50,477 bases of DNA from a virus (IMGVR_UViG_3300020118_000066:1-50477), one strand, 5' to 3'; numbered from the stretch's first letter, positions 9,287 through 18,601 are shown. Made by a program: numbers and translations. Notes: generated from the letters alone by a model not told the origin.

Positions 9287-10068
9287 GGATAATCAGCCTC
9301 TCCTTCTTCCGTCATGCCAAGAGTAATTATGAAATCCCCGCATGCGGGGAAAATATGGGCGTGTTTTTCGCGAACTTCCTCCATTCCCTCATCCATGCCC
9401 ATTGGGCCGTCTGGGATGCCAATTGGTGGCTTGAGATCGCCCACGATGATCGGGTAACTGAACTGCGGGAGTTTCGGTTTCTTGAGGCTCTGGAGCGGCA
9501 TAGCTTAATCCGTCTCCGAGACTGCGGCGCTGCTAAGACGCTGTGCGGATCAATGCTCTGGCGCATGGATCCAGTGTTCGACAAGGATGTGGAAGTGGTG
9601 GTGTGCCGGGACATCGACAGTCTGCCGATGCACCGGGACCGCAAGATGGTCGAGGCCTTCATTGCCTCGCGCGGCACCGTTCACGCCATCCACGACAGCG
9701 AGAGCCATTCTGGGCCGCTGATGGGCGGCATGATCGCCATTAAGTCTGCCGGCTTCCCATACTCCAAAGACCAGTGGGAAGCGCTCAAAACCGGATATGA
9801 CCTTACCGAACACGGTTCCGACCAGAGGTTTTTGAATGAACACCTATACCCAAGAATTGCTTCAAACCTTCTCGTTCATACTCGCCGGCCTACTCTGTCT
9901 TACCCTTGCCTGCGCAGCTATCCAGCACTTACGCAGGAAACCGCGCTAGACCACGCAGTACGGCATATTGGCGCCGGTTATTCCACCGACGCAGTCATGA
10001 AGATCCTCGAGAACACGGAGTATCCGAATAAGGCCTTGATTGAGGAGTGTTGGAACTCCACCAAATGA
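9283..10068 (+). CDS. Putative GT-A glycosyltransferase (MLWR...RDxDS...DQxFL family)
   Basis: IISLSFF, MLWRM, CRDIDS, HD...H..PLMGGM, DQRFLNEHLYP; GTGA coupling gives start 9283. Confidence 0.6.
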   Translation: MRIISLSFFRHAKSNYEIPACGENMGVFFANFLHSLIHAHWAVWDANWWLEIAHDDRVTELREFRFLEALERHSLIRLRDCGAAKTLCGSMLWRMDPVFDKDVEVVVCRDIDSLPMHRDRKMVEAFIASRGTVHAIHDSESHSGPLMGGMIAIKSAGFPYSKDQWEALKTGYDLTEHGSDQRFLNEHLYPRIASNLLVHTRRPTLSYPCLRSYPALTQETALDHAVRHIGAGYSTDAVMKILENTEYPNKALIEECWNSTK

Positions 10069-10241
10069 AGCCCTGCGAGATATGTGGCACGAATACGGCG
10101 GGCTTGGCGTACGTCAACGGCTCGCATCATCCGTGCTGCGGTCCATGCCTTACCAAGCTAGAGAAGAAAACGAAACCGGATCATTGTGAATGTGACTGTC
10201 ATTTGAGTTACGACAACCAAACCTGTTGTGTCTGCCAATGA
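10065..10241 (+). CDS. Small Cys/His-rich zinc-binding protein
   Basis: CEIC, CCGPC, CECDCH, CCVC in 58 aa; ATGA overlaps at both ends. Confidence 0.55.
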   Translation: MKPCEICGTNTAGLAYVNGSHHPCCGPCLTKLEKKTKPDHCECDCHLSYDNQTCCVCQ

Positions 10242-11308
10242 AAATCTGGAATCTCGACGCCCATGCGGCAGTCATTACCGACGTCAAGAAGCAACTTGGC
10301 GAGCTTGGCCACCAGGTGGATAGCTGGAACTTGACGGGTCATTACTGGACTCAGAATCTACCGCAGCGCACAAGCTGGCGCGGCTTCAAGACGGACTTTA
10401 TCTGGGATTACAGTCCACAGAAGTGCAAGGAAGAGCACGGCGAGCACCTGGCGCAGTACGACGCCACGCTAGTCTGTTATCCGCCGCTCATGGTGCGACT
10501 CTTCGATGCCATCGACAAGCCGATGATTCAGTATCTCCCGGTGCGCTATGACCTTTGGACCACCGACAATCGCCAGCGGTGGGAGAGTTATCACCAGTGG
10601 TGGGGCGAGCGGGTGCGGGAAAGGCGTCTCTTCGTGGCCGCCAACTCCCTGTACGACGTCTTCTACTGCAAATACTTCACCGGCATCGAGCCCGCTTACA
10701 TTCCATCGATTTGTGATTACGTGGGGGTCCAGTATGCTCCTGAGAATCGCCCTGTTCTTCTATGGGATTCTCGAAGCGAAAAGGTCTCTAGCCTGTTCAT
10801 TCAAAACCTTCAGGATCAATTGGCACTCCCGCGGCAGTATTACGGAGGACGGTACGAGTGGGCCAATCTAGTTAAGCATCGCGCGATTGTCCACGTTCCG
10901 TACAACGCCTCCATCATGTCGTTCTTCGAACACTATTGGATGAACATTCCACTGTTCGTCCCGACGCCGGAATACATGCTGGAGCTCAAGCGGCTGTATG
11001 GGGCGATCGGGGAGATTACCCACAACCAGTGCGCGAACCACGCGCCCCCGGGATCGTTCATCGGCGGCACCTTCAGCGCTCCGGATCCGAACGAATACGA
11101 TGACATCGCCTCTCTGCGCTGGTGGATGAAATTCTGGGATATGTTTGTCCTTCCCCACGTTACCTACTTCTCCTCCATCGCAGACCTGCGACAGAAACTT
11201 GCCACCGCGGATCTGCCGGCGATCTCGGCTGCCATGAAGCAGGAGAACGCGAAGCGCAAGGCGGATGCGCTGGGCAAATGGCGCGAATTCATTGGGGGCG
11301 TCAAGTGA
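10238..11308 (+). CDS. Putative GT-B fold glycosyltransferase
   Basis: NLDxH..VI.D start; AIVHVPYNASIMSFFEHY..NIPLFVP resembles the GT-B donor-binding segment. Confidence 0.6.
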   Translation: MKIWNLDAHAAVITDVKKQLGELGHQVDSWNLTGHYWTQNLPQRTSWRGFKTDFIWDYSPQKCKEEHGEHLAQYDATLVCYPPLMVRLFDAIDKPMIQYLPVRYDLWTTDNRQRWESYHQWWGERVRERRLFVAANSLYDVFYCKYFTGIEPAYIPSICDYVGVQYAPENRPVLLWDSRSEKVSSLFIQNLQDQLALPRQYYGGRYEWANLVKHRAIVHVPYNASIMSFFEHYWMNIPLFVPTPEYMLELKRLYGAIGEITHNQCANHAPPGSFIGGTFSAPDPNEYDDIASLRWWMKFWDMFVLPHVTYFSSIADLRQKLATADLPAISAAMKQENAKRKADALGKWREFIGGVK

Positions 11309-11916
11309 CCTATTCCACCCAAGGTGAAGACGACGCCCTGATGGTCTATTTTGGGAAGCACGTTGGGCGCTTCCTGGACATTGGCGCCGCGAACGGGATC
11401 ACGCTTTCCAATACCCACCTTATGGCCCAGGCTGGCTGGAGCGGCGTTTGCCTGGATGCCAACGCCCAAGAGCTTTTCAACCTCAACAACCTCTACTGGG
11501 ATAACCCGCGCATTGAGATCGTCCAAGGCCTGATTTCCGACGGCCACGGTCTTAAGGAGTTCTGGAATGCGAAAAGCGCCAACACCTCGACGTCGTCCCG
11601 GCGAATGCAAGATCGTGGACGGGAGCGATTGGGCGCTCGTCAATGCTGGGTGGCTGGAATTACCTTATCAGACTTGTTTGTGCAATTCGGCTATGACTTC
11701 GACTTTATCAACATCGATCTGGAGGATGGAACGCTGCCCATTATGCGGGCACTCCCGATTGATAAGCTCAGACAATGTCGGGCTCTTTGCATCGAACACC
11801 TCAAGCCGGAATGGTATTTCGGTGAGAACGAAGAAAACGAAATCAAAGCGTGGGGCGAAGTAAATGGGTTTCGGGTGCTTTTGAGGACCGATGAAAATGT
11901 GGTGCTCGCCAAATGA
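11305..11916 (+). CDS. FkbM-family SAM methyltransferase
   Basis: YSTQGED, FLDIGAANGITLSNT, GWSGVCLD, FINIDLE; GTGA-coupled start. Confidence 0.85.
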   Translation: MTYSTQGEDDALMVYFGKHVGRFLDIGAANGITLSNTHLMAQAGWSGVCLDANAQELFNLNNLYWDNPRIEIVQGLISDGHGLKEFWNAKSANTSTSSRRMQDRGRERLGARQCWVAGITLSDLFVQFGYDFDFINIDLEDGTLPIMRALPIDKLRQCRALCIEHLKPEWYFGENEENEIKAWGEVNGFRVLLRTDENVVLAK

Positions 11917-12398
11917 CTGATTTAGGGGTTCATTCGCACCTTCCGTGGCTGGCAAGTCTTGCGGCTCAGACCAAGGGCACATTCCTTGAGCTCGGCACGG
12001 GCGACTATTCGACGCCGTTTCTTAATGCTGCGGTGGCCAATCGCGGCAGACTCTTGATTAGTTACGAGACCGAGAAATGGTGGGCCGAGAAGATCGCTCA
12101 CTTTGAGAGCCCGGACCATCGAATCGTCATGGTGGACAAGTGGGATGATGTGGAATTCCCGGAAGCAGACGTTGCCTTTGTTGACTTTCACCCTGGGGAC
12201 GAACGAGTCAAGGTTATCCGTCGCCTACAGGGAAAGATCAAGTTCATCATTGCCCACGATACAGAGGCGGATATTCCACCGGCCGCTGGGGCCTATGGAT
12301 GGGCCTCGCTGGATGGGGTCTTCAAGTACCAAACCATCCTGAAGACTTTCCGACCGTGGTCTACGGTCTACAGCGACGTGGAGGAATTCAAGCCGTGA
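11913..12398 (+). CDS. Class I SAM-dependent methyltransferase-like protein
   Basis: FLELGTGDYST, ISYE, VAFVD, IIAHD. Confidence 0.7.
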   Translation: MTDLGVHSHLPWLASLAAQTKGTFLELGTGDYSTPFLNAAVANRGRLLISYETEKWWAEKIAHFESPDHRIVMVDKWDDVEFPEADVAFVDFHPGDERVKVIRRLQGKIKFIIAHDTEADIPPAAGAYGWASLDGVFKYQTILKTFRPWSTVYSDVEEFKP

Positions 12399-13066
12399 AC
12401 CAGGCGGAAAAAGACTTCTGCGATATGGTCATGGTGGCCGGCGTCCACGAGGCGAAGTATCACACCTTCGACTACGTTGAAACCATCCTGCGCGAGGAGA
12501 TCACTGGGGACTTCGTGGAATGCGGGGTCTTCTGTGGCGGTCATGCCGCGGTGGCTTCCTACGTCTTCCGGAAGTGGGGCGTTAAAGATCGCAAGATCCA
12601 CCTGTTTGATTCATTCTGCGGCATCCCCAAAGCCGGTCCAGAAGATTGCGCCGACGTCCACGCCACCTATGGGACGTCTTCAGGGAAAATGGAGACGAGC
12701 GGCAAGTGCGCTATCGGCATGCAGCAGATAAAGGATTACTTCCGTGGCTGGGAGATCCCCACTGATTATCTCGTCTTCCATCCTGGCTGGTTTGAGGAAA
12801 CCATGGCGGAAGACGCCAAGCATATCGGGCAAATTGCGTTCCTGCGCATTGACGTCGACCTCTACAGCTCTACCAAGACCTGCTATGAGCACCTTTACCA
12901 CAAGGTTTCTAAAGGTGGCGTGGTGGTGGATGACGACTACGGCTTTCACTCCGATGAGCCAGGCCCCGCGTGTCGTAGGGCTATGCGCGAGGTGATCGGC
13001 CAGCCGGCCAATGTGTTCGAGGTAAACGGGCATCCAACCACTTCGTTCTGGAGGATCCCGACGTGA
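12395..13066 (+). CDS. TylF/MycF/NovP-family sugar O-methyltransferase
   Basis: GDFVECGV..GG, LFDSF.G, GWFEET, LRIDVDLYSST, GGVVVDDDY; GTGA-coupled start. Confidence 0.92.
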   Translation: MNQAEKDFCDMVMVAGVHEAKYHTFDYVETILREEITGDFVECGVFCGGHAAVASYVFRKWGVKDRKIHLFDSFCGIPKAGPEDCADVHATYGTSSGKMETSGKCAIGMQQIKDYFRGWEIPTDYLVFHPGWFEETMAEDAKHIGQIAFLRIDVDLYSSTKTCYEHLYHKVSKGGVVVDDDYGFHSDEPGPACRRAMREVIGQPANVFEVNGHPTTSFWRIPT

Positions 13067-13932
13067 AGCTGATCGGCCTCATGCTGGTCCGCAACGAAGC
13101 TTGGATTTTGGGCATGACCGCTCGTGCGGCGCTTCGGTGGTGTGATTCGCTTCTCATATTCATGGACCGTTGCACAGACAATACCGACCGCATCGTTGAT
13201 GGTCTCGTTAAGGATTGCGGCGCTGACCGTGTCTCCTATCAGCATACCGAGCAAGCCGAGCACTGGAATGAAATGGATATCCGCCACCAGATGCTAGTGG
13301 ATGGCCGCGGGATGGGCGGTACACACTTCGCCATGATCGATGCTGACGAGGCGGTTACCAACAACCAATTGGACAACGCGCGAGCTTATACTGCAGCACT
13401 TAAGCCGGGGCAGGTGCTTGACTTCCCGATGATCTGTCCGCACCGTGGGCTGGATAAGTACCGAGACGACCATACCGTTTGGAGTAGATCGCAGCTTAGT
13501 ATTTCATTCTGTGACAGGCCCGATCTAGCTTGGCGTGCTCGCAATGGCTATCAATTCCATCAGCGCTGCCCACAAGGTTCCGGGGATCATGCCAACCCAC
13601 TAGCTAACGATAAATCCAAGGGCGGCGCCTTCCACTTCCAGTGGGTTTCGTGGGACCGCATTACCGCCAAGCACCGCTGGTACAAGATGAACGAAGTAGT
13701 GCGGTGGCCGAACCGAAATACTCCGTTCGAGGTGGACCGCATCTATTCGCAAGCTTTGGATGAAGACGGGCTCCGTACGCGGCAGATTCCCAAAAGCTGG
13801 TTTGGGGACTACGAGATGCACTTCGTCTATCCCGATCATCAGCCATGGCACATGGTGGAGTGCCAGCGGATGTGGGAGCAGCACGGGCCGGAACGCTTCC
13901 ATGGTCTGAATCTTTGGGGCTGGCCGTCATGA
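13063..13932 (+). CDS. GT2-family glycosyltransferase
   Basis: LMLVRNEA, D.CTDNT, IDADE, distal H. Confidence 0.85.
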   Translation: MKLIGLMLVRNEAWILGMTARAALRWCDSLLIFMDRCTDNTDRIVDGLVKDCGADRVSYQHTEQAEHWNEMDIRHQMLVDGRGMGGTHFAMIDADEAVTNNQLDNARAYTAALKPGQVLDFPMICPHRGLDKYRDDHTVWSRSQLSISFCDRPDLAWRARNGYQFHQRCPQGSGDHANPLANDKSKGGAFHFQWVSWDRITAKHRWYKMNEVVRWPNRNTPFEVDRIYSQALDEDGLRTRQIPKSWFGDYEMHFVYPDHQPWHMVECQRMWEQHGPERFHGLNLWGWPS

Positions 13933-14744
13933 CGATCCCCCCGTTTAAGGTTTTGTATGAAGCCCCCAGGATTGTGCTGTTTCCCGACTTCGTTAGCCAG
14001 CAGGAGGCGGATAAACTCCTCGAGCTTGCGGAGCCTAACTACCGAGATTCCACCGTGGTCGACATGGAAACGGGTGGCCCAACCACCAATGACTACCGAA
14101 CTGGCGAGCTTGCGTTAATAGACACTAAAGCTGACGTTTCTATAGCCATCCAGCAGCGCGTATCGGAGGTCTGCAAGACCAGGCTAAAGCAGCATGAAGG
14201 GCTGCAGGTCATCAAGTATGGAGTTGGGAATCAATATCTACCCCATACGGACTGGTTTGATTATCGCATCAAAGGGATGCTCAAGGTGATGCGCCAGGGT
14301 GGGCAGCGGGTATTCTCGGTCATCATCTGTCTAAAGGAAGCCCAGAAGGGTGGCGAAACGGAGTTCCCGAAGCTGAAGCTGAAGATCAAGCTGAAGCCGC
14401 GCGAGGCGCTCATTTTCGATAACCTTAGGGCGGAAGATAAAGTCCCAGACTTGGATACCACCCATGCTGGGCGCCCAGTCACGATCGGTGAAAAGGTCAT
14501 TGTTGCATTCTGGATCCGAGAGCGCGCGTTCGACGGCAGCGAAGAGCCGCCGAATGGGATGATAACCATGGAGGATCTTAAGAAGATTCGCACCATGCGC
14601 GAAGAGGCGTGCGCCGCGGATCTCCCTAAGTTCCTGGAGCACTATAACTGCATGCTGCGCGTCGTCTCGAGCCCCTATCTTGATGGCGACGGCATGCTCA
14701 ACATACAGACCGATATGATTATCGAATCCAAAAAGGAGGAATGA
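13929..14744 (+). CDS. Prolyl 4-hydroxylase-family 2OG-Fe(II) dioxygenase
   Basis: PRIVLFPDFVSQQE, STVVD, EGLQVIKY..G..Y.PHTDWF, GGQR, GGETEFP, H(AGRPV)..GEK, WIRE; ATGA-coupled start. Confidence 0.9.
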   Translation: MTIPPFKVLYEAPRIVLFPDFVSQQEADKLLELAEPNYRDSTVVDMETGGPTTNDYRTGELALIDTKADVSIAIQQRVSEVCKTRLKQHEGLQVIKYGVGNQYLPHTDWFDYRIKGMLKVMRQGGQRVFSVIICLKEAQKGGETEFPKLKLKIKLKPREALIFDNLRAEDKVPDLDTTHAGRPVTIGEKVIVAFWIRERAFDGSEEPPNGMITMEDLKKIRTMREEACAADLPKFLEHYNCMLRVVSSPYLDGDGMLNIQTDMIIESKKEE

Positions 14745-14747
14745 GCG

Positions 14748-15410
14748 GTGGTTGACCAGTTCTCTATCATCCAGGATAGGCTTGATCCCGACAAGGTTTA
14801 TCCCTATGCGGATCACGTGCTCATCAAGAGGCACGTCAACGAAGAATCTAAAGGTGGCATCCTGATCGTGAACGGTGAGAAATCAGAATGCTGCTATGGC
14901 GAAGTCCTTCGGGTTGGTGGCGGCTGGACTGCCGAGGCAACCGGCGAGGTGTTCCCCCCGGAGCTCAAGCCCGGAGACTGGACGGTTTCCATGGATTACA
15001 TTGGAGAGAAGGTCAAGGACGGCGTCAACCTCGTCAATTACAAGCTCATCCGGGACCACGGCATCTGGGCCAAGGTCAAGGTGGACCGCACGGAGCTAGG
15101 TGGAATCCGGCTGGTCGATATCGACCCCTACGAGAATAAGCTCCTAGTGCGCATCACAGAGGAATTGAAAACCGCAGGCGGCGTCCTGCTTTCCGATAAT
15201 CACCAACTCCGCGGATATACCATGGCCACCGTGATAAAAGTTGGTCCAGGCAAGCGGGATAGAAAGACCGGCTTCCGATACAAAATCGAAGCCAAGCCAG
15301 GTGACAGAGTATGCATGCTGCGGTATGCTGGAGCGATCGTCAAGCTGGACCACGAGAATCTGAGACTCATAGAAGACACGGACATTCATTACATCGAGGT
15401 GAAGAAGTGA
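14748..15410 (+). CDS. groES: Tandem two-domain GroES (Cpn20-like) co-chaperonin
   Basis: Two repeats of P..D/N.VL....(SK/TA)GG(IL/VL)...V..VG.G...KPGD...Y.G..V...LI.D..I; AGGAGG RBS. Confidence 0.88.
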   Translation: MVDQFSIIQDRLDPDKVYPYADHVLIKRHVNEESKGGILIVNGEKSECCYGEVLRVGGGWTAEATGEVFPPELKPGDWTVSMDYIGEKVKDGVNLVNYKLIRDHGIWAKVKVDRTELGGIRLVDIDPYENKLLVRITEELKTAGGVLLSDNHQLRGYTMATVIKVGPGKRDRKTGFRYKIEAKPGDRVCMLRYAGAIVKLDHENLRLIEDTDIHYIEVKK

Positions 15411-15718
15411 GCGAAGACGGATGGACTTGGAAGATCGGCATTCTAAACGGCGTTGGCTCGGCAGCATGGCAGGAGCTTAGCGGTAAGGTTAGGCGAATCA
15501 CACAGCTCCAGAGCGTGGATGCCGGCCTCTTTCCGACGAAGTGCGCCCCGTCCATTGGGGCGGCCGATCGTGAGCCCCAGTTTGATGTTCCTGGGCTGGT
15601 GGTTGTTTCTGCGGATCCAGACCCACAGCTCGCCGCCACCCTTGACCGTGTTTGGGGTGGCCTTGGACTGGTGATGCCTAAGAACGGGAAGTCGATTCCT
15701 GGGATGAAATTGGTATGA
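15407..15718 (+). CDS. Hypothetical protein
   Basis: GTGA/ATGA coupling with both neighbours. Confidence 0.55.
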   Translation: MSEDGWTWKIGILNGVGSAAWQELSGKVRRITQLQSVDAGLFPTKCAPSIGAADREPQFDVPGLVVVSADPDPQLAATLDRVWGGLGLVMPKNGKSIPGMKLV

Positions 15719-15921
15719 GCGACCCAGAAGAATCGGAGCGTTACGCCGCCATCGTCGAAAACAACCAATTGATGCGGACGCTCCTGAAGCGTATGGATAC
15801 GCTTGAGACCCGCGTCAAAGCTCTGGAGGATCACTGTAGGCTGTCCAAGGATTCAAGGTGTCCTTATTGCGGCCATCCAAATTCCCACGAACCGTGGTGC
15901 GAAAACAAGCACCCGAAATAA
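15715..15921 (+). CDS. Small coiled-coil protein with CxxC..H..C zinc motif
   Basis: Coupled start; CPYCGHPNSHEPWC. Confidence 0.55.
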   Translation: MSDPEESERYAAIVENNQLMRTLLKRMDTLETRVKALEDHCRLSKDSRCPYCGHPNSHEPWCENKHPK

Positions 15922-15923
15922 TT

Positions 15924-16790
15924 ATGCTTAGCGCACACGAGCAGCTCCACCGCTTCTTGGAGAAGCGGTCTACCGTCTTCTTCCAGGCCATGATGAACTT
16001 GGCCAAGTCGCACTACGGCCGATTCGATGGCGGGAAGCAAGACGCCATAAAAGAAATGGCTTACGTCATCGGCCGCACCATGATCCTGGCGGATCTGAAC
16101 GGTCGTAAGCGTCTATTGATGGAGGCTGACAAGGTCGCCAGCAAGTTCGCGGAAGAAAAGACACCCATCAGTAGCCTGCCGTTTGAAGAGGCGATCGAGG
16201 ATCTTGTATCCAGGGAACCTCGGCTTGCGAAGAGTTATATCGAGGTTAGCACACTTTACAATACCAGCCATACTTTTGCGCTTGCCCGCAGCGTCGACCT
16301 CAACCTAACGAAGCGCCTAGCCTCCGAGATTGAAAACATCACCAAGACCGGCGGCAACATGTTTGACTTCGAGAAGGTAGCAGAGGCCATTACACCATTC
16401 ACGCGCGCCTATGCGGACAACGTCTTCCGGACCAATACCGCAACAGCCTTCAATAACGGTCGCTTTGCGCAGGCGAAAGATCCAGACGTAAAGCAGGTAA
16501 TACCAGCGATGAGGTTTACCAGCTTGTGCATGCCAACGAGTCGGCCTTGGCACGTCGCTGCTGATGGAATGATCGCTGCCACAGATGACGTGATCTGGAA
16601 GACCTTCCATCCGCCACTTGGCTGGCAATGCCATTGCTCCGCGGACTTCGTCAGTAAGTTCGAGCTGGCCCGCCGCGGGCTTGTCAACGATGACGGGTCC
16701 GTGAAGCGCTTCCTCCCAGCCACATTCAACCAGGCTCATCCTGACGTTGGGTTTAGACCGTCCACGATTACTTTTGATGAGGTCGCGTAG
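15924..16790 (+). CDS. Mu gpF / SPP1 gp7-like minor head protein
   Basis: VFRTN..TAFN.GR, RPWH...DG, PPLGWQCHC motifs. Confidence 0.9.
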   Translation: MLSAHEQLHRFLEKRSTVFFQAMMNLAKSHYGRFDGGKQDAIKEMAYVIGRTMILADLNGRKRLLMEADKVASKFAEEKTPISSLPFEEAIEDLVSREPRLAKSYIEVSTLYNTSHTFALARSVDLNLTKRLASEIENITKTGGNMFDFEKVAEAITPFTRAYADNVFRTNTATAFNNGRFAQAKDPDVKQVIPAMRFTSLCMPTSRPWHVAADGMIAATDDVIWKTFHPPLGWQCHCSADFVSKFELARRGLVNDDGSVKRFLPATFNQAHPDVGFRPSTITFDEVA

Positions 16791-16794
16791 GGCC

Positions 16795-16968
16795 ATGGCC
16801 AGTACGGACAAGAAAATCAGGATGACAATCGTTCTGGAGAACGCGCTGTATCGCCTCTTCCACGCCAAGGCTTGCGAGGTAGGCGCCACTCACAACGGCG
16901 TTATTCGCCTGCTAATCCAGAAATACTTGGACGGAACATGCACCTGCAAGCGGCCCAAAAAGGGCTAA
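16795..16968 (+). CDS. Ribbon-helix-helix DNA-binding protein
   Basis: RMTIVL strand then LYRLFHAKA...G.T...VIRLLIQKYL; GAGGT RBS. Confidence 0.7.
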   Translation: MASTDKKIRMTIVLENALYRLFHAKACEVGATHNGVIRLLIQKYLDGTCTCKRPKKG

Positions 16969-17035
16969 TGCGCACTTTTCCATAGCACCCCGTTTGCTTC
17001 TTTGCTCATCGGTAAATCACGCTACCGTATGAGTA

Positions 17036-18601
17036 ATGAACTTCGCCAATTGGTTCGGAACAAAAACGTTCTCGAGCAACGCTGGCGCGACACTTCAAGA
17101 AGTCGTTCCCCCGGTTATTAACGGCGCGAACTACACCGCCTTTGAAACAGGCGATGGCTGGTTTACCATCCGGGACATCTTCATCTTTGGTGAAGTCCCA
17201 AAGGGCGTCAAAGAGGCCCCCGAAGATGTCAAGGGCCAGCGCATGGCCCAGATGGTGGCTAACGCGCGCATCAAGTACGAGAACGAAAAGTACGCGGCGC
17301 CTGCCCATAAGGGCCATCACAAGATGCTGGAGTTCCAGGACCCCGAGTTCCTGGGCTTCGTCCTTCCCAAGCGCGTTGGGCAGATCATGCTCGACGGCAA
17401 GCTTCAGGATGCCGTGTTCGGGGACGTCAAGGTCAAGGCCTCTGCCTTTGAGAGAATCCTAAAGGGCGAGCTGCCTTACGTCTCCCCAGAAGTCGACTGG
17501 ACCAAGTGGGAATTCTCTTCCCTGTCCTTCCTTGATTCTAAGCCACCTCACTTCAAGGGACCTCTCATCACCATTGGAGAGGTCATCAAGGATACGACCG
17601 CCCGTTTCGAGGTCGAAAGTTCCACAGTGAAAGGCAAGTTTATGGCCGGTGATGCCAAGAAGGACGAGAAGAAGGAAGTCTCCGACGGCGAGGCCAAGAA
17701 AAAGCAGGAATTCGCCAACAAGAAGTCCAAGGCCAAGATGGATGACGGCGCCGGCGATGGTGATGGCGGTGATGCTGGTGATGGCGGCGATGCCGGTGGC
17801 GATGGTGGTGACGCCGGATTTGACGGCGGCGATGGCGGGGATGCCGGCTTCGATGACGGCGGGGACGGCGCGTTCAAGGCGCTCGGCTCGCGCGTGGCCA
17901 AGATGGAAGCCGGCTTCGAGGCCATGGACAAGTCCATCGGCAATATCCATTTCAAAATGGGCCTCCCGTACAGGGGGGCTTACATGCAGGCGGAAACGTT
18001 CAAGAAGCCTTCTTCGAATGCCCCCAGAGAACAGGACGGAGGTGCTGGAGTGACCAAGGGAAGCCAGGCTCAGAACCAGGTCAAGTTTGAAAACGATCCC
18101 GAGGCGCGCGCCAAGTTCGCGGCCCTTGAGATGCAGACCAAGGCGCTCGAGGACAAGATCGCCAAGCGCGAGCTCGAGGAAACGATTACCAAGCGCGTCA
18201 CTGCGGCCTTTGAGGATCTCAAGGGCTATCCACTGACGGACACCGTCAAGACGGACATTGCGGAGTTTGCCAAGGACGAGGCGCTCCTCAAGCGGTATGT
18301 GGCGTCGATCAAGGCGCAGACTCCGAAGGATCCCCCCAAGTCGGTGGCAGCGTTCCAGGCGGTTGGGATGAGCGTCAAGCCGGTCACGGGCACCGATCCG
18401 GACATCGCGGAGTTCCAGGCGCAGGGGCAGGAGAAGGCGGAAGCGGCCATCCGGTACGCCATGGCTTACGAGGCGTGGAAGGTTAGCCCCATGGCCAAGT
18501 TCTCCAAGTTCCGCTCTGACCGCAAGGCCTTCATCAAAGAGTACATGGCGATGGACGCCACCGGGCATGCCCTGGATTCGATTCTTCCTGGAGGTTTCTA
18601 A
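17036..18601 (+). CDS. Mu gpI/Z-like prohead protease-scaffold protein
   Basis: GELPYVSPE and LSFLDSKPP motifs, low-complexity linker, helical C-terminus; upstream of capsid genes. Confidence 0.75.
   Translation: MNFANWFGTKTFSSNAGATLQEVVPPVINGANYTAFETGDGWFTIRDIFIFGEVPKGVKEAPEDVKGQRMAQMVANARIKYENEKYAAPAHKGHHKMLEFQDPEFLGFVLPKRVGQIMLDGKLQDAVFGDVKVKASAFERILKGELPYVSPEVDWTKWEFSSLSFLDSKPPHFKGPLITIGEVIKDTTARFEVESSTVKGKFMAGDAKKDEKKEVSDGEAKKKQEFANKKSKAKMDDGAGDGDGGDAGDGGDAGGDGGDAGFDGGDGGDAGFDDGGDGAFKALGSRVAKMEAGFEAMDKSIGNIHFKMGLPYRGAYMQAETFKKPSSNAPREQDGGAGVTKGSQAQNQVKFENDPEARAKFAALEMQTKALEDKIAKRELEETITKRVTAAFEDLKGYPLTDTVKTDIAEFAKDEALLKRYVASIKAQTPKDPPKSVAAFQAVGMSVKPVTGTDPDIAEFQAQGQEKAEAAIRYAMAYEAWKVSPMAKFSKFRSDRKAFIKEYMAMDATGHALDSILPGGF
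17741..17869 (+). repeat. Coding Gly/Asp repeat (DGGDAG)n
   Basis: DDGAGDGDGGDAGDGGDAGGDGGDAGFDGGDGGDAGFDDGGDG. Confidence 0.85.

Noticed and set aside
6824-14744. Cassette as a DNA hypermodification system
   Set aside because: The oxygenase is P4H-type rather than TET/JBP, and no DNA methylase or nucleotide kinase is seen; disfavoured but not excluded
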